The notes under the pieces are model-generated. The model saw nothing but the letters and a program-made list of their open reading frames with translations, did not search any database and had not been told where the DNA came from. The translations under genes were made by a program, and so were the position numbers. A stretch of 62,003 bases of DNA, counting the filler, from Hausera hauseri (taxonomy: Eukaryota): the NCBI GenBank assembly GCA_046269625.1. It is 11 parts of 11 records of this genome, joined end to end, with 100 filler letters (N's around TTAATTAATTAA, not from the genome) between each part and the next. Parts side by side here need not be neighbours in the genome. Positions count along the whole stretch, not along the records: positions 49,052 to 56,900 come from JBJURY010900869.1; positions 57,001 to 62,003 come from JBJURY010364150.1; 9 more parts are not named here. One strand, written 5' to 3'. Below, in pieces: positions 51,332-62,003 of this stretch (its first letter is position 1; every line of letters begins with the position of its first letter).

Positions 51332-51740
51332 ATGTATGACAAATTCATCACCAACGACATGAAGCTGCTGATTAGTGCCATTTTCCAGATTGTAGGCCCT
51401 AGTGGAAGTGGCAAAACTCACATTGTTTGCAAATTGCTGCAGAACTACCGTGAAATATTCCAATAGTCGCTGTTCAATCACATTTACTGGCATTAGGGCA
51501 GTGGTGATGATGGAGAGTCCGGTTTGACACATTGGAAATTTTGTAAACTGAAATCGATAATGGTAATTGATGGGTTTGATAAGAACTGATCTGAACAATT
51601 ACGCAACGGAGACGTTATCGTCATTGACGATTTATTTCAAGAGGCAACGAAACAAATCGACTTCAACAACCTGTTCACGAAGATTGCACGACACCGTGGT
51701 GTGACGGTTATTTTCATTACGCAAAACATTTTGTACAATA
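51332..51740 (+). pseudogene. A32/FtsK-like packaging ATPase, truncated
   Basis: Walker A VGPSGSGKT; Walker B VIVIDDL; LFTKIARHRGVTVIFITQNI; internal stops. Confidence 0.9.
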
Positions 51741-51759
51741 TCGTTGTGGGTCACGTTGA

Positions 51760-51945
51760 CGTTGGTAGTGGGAAGCGGAATTTACTAAAGTATCTAAAAC
51801 GACTCACTGGTCTTACCAACGCTCGTAGTAAACGACTGAAATGAGAGGTCATGTACCAGCAAGACTGAGGATTCCTTGGTGCAATTCTACCGCTTGTCAC
51901 GTCATTACTGCGTAGTCTCCTCGGTACTGTAGCAGCATAGTATAA
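51760..51945 (+). pseudogene. Small basic core-like Maverick protein remnant
   Basis: KRNLLKYLKRL...SKRLK..YQQD*GFLGAILPLVTSLL resembles the basic ...QxGGFL-hydrophobic small ORF of Mavericks. Confidence 0.5.
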
Positions 51946-52079
51946 ACAATGACGGTAAGTATATGCTGATTTGCTATATGGATGCATGATTTTCATCTCT
52001 CTGTCTCAGTTTACCGAATCTGTCATTTACGTTTCATTCAAATTGTTGCAATTCTAGCAAAATCGACACCATCGACGAC

Positions 52080-53060
52080 AACGATGGTCGGCGCGTAGTT
52101 CAATCAGCGTCATCCCATCGGGTATACCGGGGTCGACAAACTAGGAAAGACTGTCAAACAGACTGGCAACAGATCCAACGTTGACACGGGAAACCGTTAG
52201 AATACAGCTTAAACAAACCGATGAGGAGGCTGTTTCCAACTCGTACTTACCGTGCTGCCGGTGTAAATAACGTATTGCAAATGGATCTGATGGAAATTAT
52301 TCCGTACGCCAGCATCAACGATAGGTATCGGTACGTGCTGACATGTATTGATGTGTTTAGTCGTTTTGCACGTGCAATTGCTGTGAAATCTAAATCCGGT
52401 AAAGAGATTGCCGACGCTGTCCAGACACTGATACAACAACAACAGCCGAAGCATTTACAAACGGATTTGGGTAAGGAATTCTACAACGTTCACGTTGCAG
52501 CGGTCTTGAAACGATTCGGCATAAGCCACTACTCGGTGTTTTCCAAATACAAGGCTGCACTCGTTGAACGATTTAATCGAACACTGCGCGATCGTCTAAA
52601 CAAATTCTTTACGAAGCAAGTCAACAAACGCTGGGCAGATGTACTGCCGATATCATTCATGCATACAATCATTTGATACATCGTGAAATCAATGAATTAC
52701 GGCCGGTTGACGTAATCGATGATTCGGATATGTGGCTTTATCAAACCGACAACGAGCAATTAAACGCCAAAAATATAAAATCGGTGCTCACATACGTATT
52801 TCGAAAATACGTACGGCGCCATTCATTAAGAATTTCAATCAGAACTGGAGCGACGAATTTTTCCGCATTTCGGCAATAAACACAAAACAAACACCTGCCA
52901 CGTACGTTTTAGGATGAAAACGGCGCGGAAATACGCGGTAAATTCTACGAACAGGAACTGCAAGTACTACCCGAGAAACTCGATGTATATCGTATTCAGG
53001 AAATTCTACTTTCACGTGGCAAAGGTTTGAATAAACAATATCTCGGCAAGTGGCACGGAT
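52080..53060 (+). pseudogene. Maverick retroviral-like (rve) integrase with chromodomain-like tail
   Basis: LQMDLMEI, YRYVLTCIDVFSRFA, LQTDLGKEFYN, KAALVERFNRTLR, YKIGAHIRISK...QNWSDEFF and GKFYEQELQ. Confidence 0.92.
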
Positions 53061-53281
53061 ACACTGCACCGAGTTAGACTTTTGCATCATCGATTCAATG
53101 AACGGCAGCAGCAGCATTTACTTGATACTTGATAGTAACAGATCATTTCCGTGTATATGCTTGATGAATTTTGTCAACCCATTAAATTTCTGTTTGGATC
53201 AACGACACATTTGGCGTTATATTTTCGACGTCATCGATAATAAACAAACTGCATAATCGTCATTGACATCATTGTGAATAT

Positions 53282-53644
53282 AGTATTTAAATGGTGTTGC
53301 CGAGCAACAGTTGTCCGACAACTCGTCCGAACAATTCAGCCAGCGAAAACGTTGTAGATTGGAACAATCCTTTGGATTTATCTGCTGGACAATTGGAGGT
53401 TGCACTGATGGAATTCAACTTTCCCTACGCACCAGTAACATTGAAAGGTAGTATAAAAATAACGTACAACAAGACTGTTACTGAAACCAAAACACATTTT
53501 CATTCTCTGACACTTAGTGACAATAAAGTAACATTTGAAGAATCTCTCATTTGCACGATAAGTACAAATTACGGTTTATACGGCAAGATCTGTGTTTTTA
53601 TTTTAGGGGAAAACTTATGGCACTGGCTTGAGAGAACGTGGTAG
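53282..53644 (+). pseudogene. Penton/minor capsid protein N-terminus
   Basis: YLMVLPSNSC...PNNSAS...NPLDL...LEVALMEFNFP matches the Maverick penton start pattern. Confidence 0.7.
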
Positions 53645-53707
53645 ATAAATTAGCTTTTCAACTATAAATAAACGTCGTCGTACGATTTTCGATTGATTGA
53701 CAGACAA

Positions 53708-54940
53708 ATGGCATCTGCAAAATCTGAATTGTGTATATTTTCCAAATGCACACCACAAATTATTATTGACAATGCGGTATTTGAAGAAATCTACCCCGTT
53801 GATTCGATTTCAACGGACGATAACATTGCCATTCAATTTAACATTATACCATAGGACAATGAATACCTGGATTTGAACGATACATTACTGTATATAAAAG
53901 TCATTGTTAAAAAGGATGAATGAACGGTTGTCGCTGCAACACACACTGTCACACCGGCCAATTATCTTTTCCTCACACTTTTCCAGGAGGTTTCACTGAC
54001 TCTAAACAGCGTCAAAATCGAAGGCAACACCAGTCTGTACAGTATCAAGGCGCTCATTGAAACGGCTCTGAATTACAGTGCAGACACGAAAACGACTCAT
54101 TTGACGAAAACCATCGGATATGACTCCACTGCAGCAAACCGTCAGGCATGGGTGACAGAATCAAATGCACTTACAATGTGTGGACCGTTGTACTTTGACT
54201 CTTTGGATCAGCCAAAATACCTACTGCCCTGTGTTAAAGCCATGATTCGGCTCAAACGCAGCGACAGTGTCTTTTGTTTGAAAACCGCCGTTGCAAATTT
54301 CAAACCCATACGAAAAATTACCGAGCACAATTATACGTACGTCGAGTAAAGGTAGAACCATCTATGCTCATGGGACAAGATTGAGCTTGGAAACACAAAA
54401 TGCATGTTATCCGATACAACGCTCAGAACTCGTCTTTTACACCATACCCAAAGGTTCAACTACGTTTTACGACGATGCACTGTATGGTGACATGCGATTG
54501 ACGAAATTTGTGCTTGTTACACTTCAAACGACTGCTCAACAAACGGACAGTTATACCACCAATTCGGAAACGTTTACCCATAGCTATGTGAATTACATCA
54601 GTTTGGGTCGGAATGCGGATTTTGTTGAGACATACAAGCAGGATTTCGAGACCGTCGATTATGTTTGCACATATATGCAATCTATCGTGGCAACATGGAT
54701 TTGATGAACAAAAATGTCAACAATGGTATATTGATGGATTTGTTCAAGTCCACCTATCCATTCTTCACCTTTGTCCTGGTTCCGGATTATGACGTTGAAT
54801 AGACACATTTACCTCAGCAGGGATACCTGAGATTAGACGTTCACTTTGCCAAAGCGTTGGAGAAATCTACTGTGGTGCAAATTTACGTTGTATTTGATGC
54901 CGAGGTTGAAATAACGAAAAACGGAACCGTCATGGTATAA
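53708..54940 (+). pseudogene. Hexon/major capsid protein (double jelly-roll), decayed
   Basis: MASAKSELCIF...PQ...EEIYPV...IQFNI...EYLDLNDTLLYIKV, NYLFLTLF, QPKYLLP, ACYPIQR, and C-terminal GYLRLDVHFAKAL...YVVFDAEVEI. Confidence 0.85.
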
Positions 54941-54995
54941 ATAAAATCTTCTTCCTCTTTGTACTATGAAGTAATTTATTACCATTATTACTATT

Positions 54996-55370
54996 ATGAT
55001 TAAATCACGTTTTACGTTTAGCTCAAATGAACTCAGTCACTATGGAAAACTGCTCTCTGGTATGAAATTCCGCGGTATGTTTCCACTGGACCGTGTGCCG
55101 CGTGACTTACGACAAAATGGTGGCGGAGGTTTCATCGTCAATACACAGTTCATCGTTACTGGGCAAACATTGGATTGCGGTGTACGTACATAGGACCGTC
55201 AACAAGGTATTCGATCCGCTCGGGTTTATTACCCGTCATCGTTAGTTTCTTAAATTGAAAGGCAATCATATCATTGTGTTGAAGATAATCGACTTCATTA
55301 TCAACATCCACTAACCGTATTGTGTGGACATTACTGCCTATTGTGGCTTACATTACAGACATTATTGTGA
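54996..55370 (+). pseudogene. Adenain-like cysteine protease
   Basis: FRGMFPLD, FIVNT, GKHWIAVY, VFDPLG and YQHP...LCGHYCL give the catalytic H, D, Q, C pattern; frameshifted. Confidence 0.88.
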
Positions 55371-57795
55371 ACGTATTCCGCTTTTTTGAATGGACAGACA
55401 GACTGTTTTTGTGATTTTGAAATATACAACTTGTTATATTGCTGTTGCTGTTGTTATATCATTTCAACATCTCTGTTACACATTTGGAGGTACTCATTAG
55501 TTTGTAGACAGACGGTCTCAGGTGCCCCCACCACCACCACTACCACCATTGTACTTTTTATCACAATCATTCTCCTTGTGAGTAGTAGTAGTATTCAATT
55601 ATGAGCTCGTGGTAATTTGTGCGTTCGATTTTAAGCGTCGTTGTCGTCGTCATACAAAAAAAATCCACGATTTTTCTACAAAACAAACGCATTTACAACG
55701 ATAATGACGATGATGATTTTGACTTTTTAACAATGCGTTTCGTTTCGTTTTTCGATTGCATTTTTCACCCGCATCCATTGGTGGTTATAAAATAAAATTT
55801 CCCCCAACTCATGGGCAATGTATTAGACCCATTTCCATCACCCGCAGACTTCAACATGGGGAAATTTTAGCCGACGGAAATTTTCCCAACCAGTTTTTCC
55901 CATGTTACCTTGGTCGGACGACGACGAAACCGTGTCCAATCGACTTGCCAACATCAATTTTACCTCTGTACAAAATTTCGGTATACCAGCAACACGTGTT
56001 GCGTTGCCAGTTGCACATTGCCCGTTTTCTTCTTCTGTCTCTTGTGCCACCGGGTTACATTTTTCGGCTTCGCGGTGCTCTTAACTCTTGTTCACCTTGT
56101 CCGGCTCGACCAATTGGTCTCGGTCCAAAGTCCATTTCCCGACCGTCTTCCGCCCGTGGGGGGGGAGTCTCCGACCACCAGACATGAAATGCTCGGAATT
56201 TCGAGATAGGTGGGAAAAACTGGTTTTCAGGCCGATCTGAGCACTTTCTGGGAAGTGGTAAGGAGAGGACACTTCTACCTACTTATACCATTTGGCCTTG
56301 AATCACATATGTATATAAAATAGGCAATTCGACAAGCACAGAAAACTGATAACATTCAGAATGAGCACGTAGTCGGATTATTTACTTTTAATTATAACAA
56401 ATATTCAGTTAGATATTGAAATATTGAATTTTTAAGAAGTATAAATTTTTAGGATACTTTTTAGATTCATATGCAAATTATAACATTGAAAATAGTGGAT
56501 TTATACATACAAAATTTGCATGAATAATCTAACGTTTTACTTTGAAACTTGAAAATGGCCATTGTAAATTAAAAAATATAAGCCCGTGTATGCCTGTTTT
56601 TATTTTCGACTTAGGTTTACGTTCAGAATTTTTTCAATTGGCATTACTGATAGTTTAATTTTCCCTATTTTAAGTGACATCATTTCGTATGATAAGTGGC
56701 CCTTTTCAATAAGAGATTTGCGTTCATGAGATTATATATTAAATAGTTTTCAATTAACACTTAATACCATTTGAACAATTTTAATGTTATTTTTCTCAGC
56801 TGCTTGCTTTTGAATGAAAAAAAGAAGAATGGAAAACGAATTTTCTTGTATTTAATAACATTCGAATGACACTTATGTTCTGTCACCCTATCGGAAAAAT
56901 NNNNNNNNNNNNNNNNNNNNNNNNNNNNNNNNNNNNNNNNNNNNTTAATTAATTAANNNNNNNNNNNNNNNNNNNNNNNNNNNNNNNNNNNNNNNNNNNN
57001 CACTATATATAGTTTCATTGTATATAATTTTATACCTCTCCTAAACCTCAGCCGTTGAAGTTTAACCGGATTCCCCAACTAAACGGTCGAGTCCCAACAG
57101 CATCGTTGAAAACATCGTCTACCATGCATTAAATTTAAATCCATATACAGAAAACAGAAGGAGTTCAATCTATGCAATAAAAAACCCAAAGTCCTATTAT
57201 AAGCAATGTACAAAACAGTTAGGAAACCTGCAAACTCAGTTTATTATAAATGATATAAACATGGAGATGCCGACATGCATCATGGAATTAGAGTCAGATC
57301 AAACTGTTGTTGAATCGTTTTACAAAATCTATAGTTTTGTCATATTAGAAATTCTATTTTCCATGGCTGTGTTAAAAATTGACATTGAGTCTGTGAAATC
57401 GTTTGTAGGCAGTTTTTAAAAATTACACATGTATAATGAAGTGTGTTCACATCCGTTCTTCAGCAGTATTTGTTCTAAGAAAGACAGAAATCTATTACAA
57501 TTATATGATCAATCGACAAATAAACCCCTTGGAAATTTGTCAAAAGAAAATGCAACGCGCGACATTTTTGTTGACAGGTTTCAAAGTTAAAATTGTCGTC
57601 GATGTTGATAGGGTGCTGAATAAATGGCGACTAAAATGGACGGACATACAGGTGTCGGATATATTCGATAAGTTGAAGCTGACATTACTCCGCTTATTAC
57701 AAAATTACAAATCATATGTAATTTTTGAACACGTCAGCACACACATTAATTAAATAAATTGTCGGAAAGTGTTATGTGGGAAAAATTATTTCTCA

Positions 57796-57910
57796 ATGCA
57801 CAGATTGGCATTAGAGATCTTAACGAAAATTGTCGGTCATTTGAACTTCGTCGATCGAAAATCATTTAGTTTAGTTGTAAACGAATTCGGCAATCTCTTT
57901 CATTTGTCGA
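57796..57910 (+). pseudogene. F-box-like motif
   Basis: MHRLALEILTKIVGHLNFVDRKSFSLVVNEF fits the F-box pattern. Confidence 0.5.
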
Positions 57911-58256
57911 ATTATGGTCAGATATCATTTTTATCGTTTTTGAAGTATACAATTGGTATGTTATTATTGGATTAATTGACTTTGCTGATTACATTTATCA
58001 AAAGGATTTCGGCTACGGAAAATCCATCCATGATTATTTTGAAAATCCTACGTTTGATAGCATTTGTATAATGGATTTAATTTTGGATTAGTGATAATTC
58101 AGCGGGATTTAATGTTGAATTGTGCAGTAGAGAAAAGTTACTCAATCTTTATTTGAAAAATGTTTGCTACATCAGAAATGCTGATAAAGGCCATATAGTC
58201 AATGAACTTTTTTATGATTTAGAAATTCAGCTGATCTATCGAAATTCAGAAAATTA

Positions 58257-59400
58257 GTGGTGGAATCTAGAAAACAAAATCAGTGGATCTATGAATTTTT
58301 GACTGTTAATCTAACTGAATTAGTTTTGGTCAAGGAATTAAAAGCTCGTTATATGATTTCTTATCATATTTTGCAGTTAATTCAGCAACTCAAATATACA
58401 ATTAACCCCCTTGATGACGTTTTCATCAGAATTCTTCATAGTTTGGAAGTTTCAACAACAGCACGAGATTGTTTGTTTGATTATAAAGATAAAGAAGGCA
58501 ATGAATCAACTATGTTCGAACTATTGTATACAGTTTCGCATAAAGATCCTGATTGGTTTAAACCTCTATTTTACGTTATTAGAAGGCAAAAAAGTGACTT
58601 TATCGAGAATTTTATTGAAAATTTCAGTGACGACCGGTCTGACTGTGGCATAAAAATAATTGCGCGAAAATACGCCAAATGGTTTATGGACAAATATATC
58701 AAAAGGTATTTGGATGAATGCCGAGAGTCCGCAGAAGAGATAGCTGCAAAAGTATTCTCGGCTGGATTAGAGCCTGAGGACGATTTAGACGACGTAGTTG
58801 AATTTGGCAGAGACTCAGTGAAACTGGTTTTAAGAGAATATCGACTTAAGTTGACAAAGCCTAGATTATATGGAAGAAATGTCACTATCTATGTTCCCAC
58901 GGGGTCTGGGAAGGCGCACATTGCTGTACGCATCATAAATAAACATCTGCAAGGTAATCCTAATGGAAAGGTTGCCTTTTTATTTCATAGAGTTCCCTTG
59001 GTGAATCAACAGCGTCATGTGATTGAGAAGTTTAAAGATCAGAGCATAAATACTGCCGAATATAGAGGTAGAATTCAAAGTACAAATGGTCCTCTTGTTT
59101 CAAGTATCGATAACCTCCAAATTTTGTTATAACATCAGAGATTTTATATAATGTGTTAGTGAAAGATGAAAATCGAATCAGCTCTACCTCAAAGTTTTCT
59201 CTGATTGTGTTTGATGAATATCACAATTGCCTTAAGAAATACCCGTTTGTGAAGATTATGACGGAATACTTCAAGGAACGTAAATATAATCCAAACGATA
59301 AATTATCTCAAATTATTAGCTTAACAACCAGTCCGAGATCCTTCTCTCAAAGCAGTGAAGTAGACTTAAGAACGGGTCTTTATAAACTTCGTGCAAATTT
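58257..59400 (+). pseudogene. RIG-I-like DExD/H helicase N-half with possible CARD-like region
   Basis: LREYR...GRNVTIYVPTGSGK, KVAFLFHRVPLVNQQ, FSLIVFDEYHN...PFVKIM..Y and QIISLTTSP; upstream helical region with PDWFKPLF. Confidence 0.82.
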
Positions 59401-60060
59401 AATGAAGTCAAAGGAATTTTCAAATAAAATTAGAAACTGGTTTGTGTTTTCAATACTTCGTGAAGAACATCCTGAAGACCGAGCTACGGCTATTATGCAA
59501 GTTGTTGATATTATGACATTGTTCAATAATTGGAATAAATTACAAGGCTATCAAGAAGCCAGGACAGTATTGATTAGTGCTTCTGTATCTCGATTGAGGA
59601 AATCTTTAAATTATATTATACGTCGATTTCGACATTACAAGTCGATTATTCAATCGCATATAAAGAATGCTGACAGTGGAAAGTAATAAATCTGGATTTT
59701 ATACAGAGGAGTATGAGAGAAATATTAGACAAATTGAGGAAGCTAATCTACCAGTTCCTTGTATACCGTTTATTGCTGTTGGAATCACCACAAAACTCAT
59801 TCACATTGATATCAGCAGTCATGATGAAATTTTGACCAAGTCAAGAAATCGGTTGATAAATTTCAGAAAACATTTGCCACTGAGTTAAATCATAGAACGA
59901 TATTTACCATTCCAAAGACTTCCTTGTAAATTTCATAAACGACCATTTAAAGACGGCATTTTTGGACGACCCGGATCCTTTGCATATGATGAATGCTAAA
60001 TCAGAAGATGAATTTGAGCGTATTATGTATGAACTATCAGAAAAAAATGAATCCAGGGAT
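59401..60060 (+). pseudogene. SOS-like RasGEF (CDC25) domain C-terminal fragment
   Basis: NWFVFSIL...RATAI...NNWN...SASVSRLRKS, PCIPF, LINFRK and IMYELSEKNESR. Confidence 0.72.
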
Positions 60061-60419
60061 TCGGAATCTACGTCTGATTTAGACGTATTGATAGAGAAAG
60101 AACGTAGACTTAAGAAAGTTAAACAAAAATTTGCAGAACAGTTGAATTCAATGTCACTAAAGGACAAGTTCGACACACGAAACAAACTTCACCTAATAAC
60201 ACTAATAGTGAATTTAATCTTGTCTCAAGCTCTAAAGTACCGTTAACGTCATTGTTGACGTTAAGTTCTGAACCATCGACACCGACAAATGCAGGTAAAA
60301 TGGATTTAGAGAGGTTGAGATGTTACAAGAAAGAAGATGCTTATTATTTTGATAATGCAAGTGTGAATCAAAACCGTTACACCAATGACTCTAATATAAA
60401 TGGTTCCGAGGGACCAAGT

Positions 60420-60765
60420 CCTGATATTGTGCTGTTGGCTCCGTGTGAATTTTGTAATTGGACGTTTTTGCCAAATTCACTTAACGAACACAGAAGGGAG
60501 TGTTACAAAAACTGGATGAGGCTCAAAGACAAAAAGTCTAAAGTAACAACGACAACGAATTTCGTAAGCGATAAGCCTATTTTAACCATCGAACAAATGC
60601 TGGCTAAAAGACGACAACGAAGGCTTAATTGGTATCTAAGACACGAGGAGTTTATGCGAGCTACTCATGCGGCTCGTGACTACGCAGATGCCACATCGAA
60701 AGGTCACCCGTTGCCGTCTCCACCACCACTAGTTGTGGAACCAGATTTAAAACAATATCCTTATA
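60420..60765 (+). pseudogene. ZC2HC1 (FAM164)-like C2HC zinc-finger fragment
   Basis: LAPCEFCNWTFLPNSLNEHRREC and NWYLRHEEFMRATHAAR...GHPLPSPPP...PDLKQYPY. Confidence 0.72.
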
Positions 60766-61211
60766 ATACGCTGTCCTTCGTAAAATCTGTTTCCAGTGAT
60801 GAGATGTACTCGTTTAGGGTAAGGGCTCAAAATGTACTAACAGCAGGTATGTCATTATATCTTGATCTATTTAATATTAAAGCTCATCCACCCATTCCAT
60901 CGTCATCTATGAGACCACTAACTGGAAACTGTAACCCCCTCACAAGTATCTGGTTGGTATGGAATCCGTCATTAGCAAGTTATCCAAAAAAATATTGTAC
61001 CGAATCAAATACTGATGACGTTAATTGGAAAAAGTGTGATCGTGCGTCAGGAGACAAATACTATTTAAGAGCACTGACTAATAATGATCAAGGAAAAGGT
61101 GTTCCACTATCAACACCTGGACCAATTGAATGCATACGTCCTTTTGAAATATCCAATAAATTAACTGGACCAGTTCCATTTAACAATGTAACATCAAATA
61201 CCAGTACCTAA
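60766..61211 (+). pseudogene. Titin/twitchin-like FN3 fragments
   Basis: YSFRVRAQN, SIWLVWNP and YYLRA..N.QGKG.PL...GPI....PF....GP; internally deleted. Confidence 0.65.
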
Positions 61212-61516
61212 AAATCCAAGGAAAAATTCCTCATTTCCCTATAGATCGTTACTCGATTGCAAATCCGTTGATCAGCTAACGCACCGAGATATTATTCATT
61301 CTCCAGCTTTTGTCAGAATTGATTACAATCAAAGATGAAAATTGAGAAGGTTAACGGCTCTCTTTAGGGCCAAAACTATTGATTACAATAGGGTTTCGAA
61401 TCCCCTTAAAAAATTCGATATAATCCTTGTTTCAGACGACACTAAAAAGAGTGCGAAGGCGAGGTAAAAGTCTGCTATTCTGGAGATATGAGAAACCAAA
61501 TTAATGCCAAGGAAAC

Positions 61517-61559
61517 TGGTGGTTTTACCCGGGATTGAACCGGGGGCCTTCTGCGTGTT
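61517..61559 (-). pseudogene. 3' half of tRNA-Val(AAC) including terminal CCA
   Basis: Minus strand AACACGCAGAAGGC-CCCGG-TTCAATC-CCGGG-TAAAACC-A-CCA: anticodon, T-arm, acceptor strand, discriminator and CCA. No D-arm or 5' half. Confidence 0.75.
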
Positions 61560-62003
61560 GACTCGGGTTGTATTAAAAGTGACGAGTCAGTGACCAGAAG
61601 TACGGAATATCAAGTCAAAAAAGGAACAGACTGATAAATGTAAAAAAGGTCAGTTATTCTGCATTGTCTTATATATTATCGTTGGCCGTCCCTGCTCCCC
61701 ACTCTAGATTTTCCTCTGATAAATATTGCGTAAAAATTCATAGGGAAAAATTACAAAATAATCTCTATCTTTTTAAATTACGTATTATATTCTATAAAGA
61801 TAATTCCGGTCTTTTCAAAGTTCCTTACAAAATTTTTTATATATTTAGATCACGCCAGATTTATAATAACATTTCAACAGATAGTTGGAAAGATTAAATA
61901 CAAAAAAGTAACCAACTATCTGTTGAAAGGTATAACCCGAAAAATGAACATATAAATAAAAGGTTCAAATATAGGTTAGTGTTACTAAGGAAAAAGGTGT
62001 TAA

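Larger units (their letters stand above)
49052..56283. mobile_element. Maverick/Polinton (adintovirus-like) element, morphogenesis/integrase half, decayed
   Basis: dUTPase, TBP-like, packaging ATPase, core-like peptide, rve integrase, penton, hexon and adenain in order. A possible terminus ACTTCTACCTACT at ~56271-56283 precedes an AT-rich flank. Confidence 0.9.

Overview
This is not one genomic locus. Eleven unrelated scaffolds are joined by an artificial 100-bp linker (N44-TTAATTAATTAA-N44). Scaffold 1 (1-7141) looks teleost: a Tx1/Kibi-like LINE at a (TC)n microsatellite, a degenerate Kolobok DNA transposon, one cacna1b exon and one FNDC7-like FN3 exon. The other ten scaffolds look like an AT-rich invertebrate with roughly 40-50 bp introns, possibly a fish parasite; the taxon cannot be fixed from sequence alone. 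They contain CsRn1-clade Gypsy LTR retrotransposons, two complementary halves of a degenerate Maverick/Polinton (adintovirus-like) element, a chuvirus-type glycoprotein remnant, intron-containing SMYD and POLR1A genes, and mosaics of decayed intronless host-gene fragments. The best candidate for an undescribed system: all four Gypsy gag genes whose 5' ends are visible carry a 67-76 aa ubiquitin-like domain ending in a di-glycine (RFRGG, QVRGG, CIRGG, KLKGG) directly ahead of the Gag capsid region. The second is a Maverick carrying a TBP-like gene, dUTPase and an IAP-type RING. All calls come from manual motif recognition; no database searches were run.
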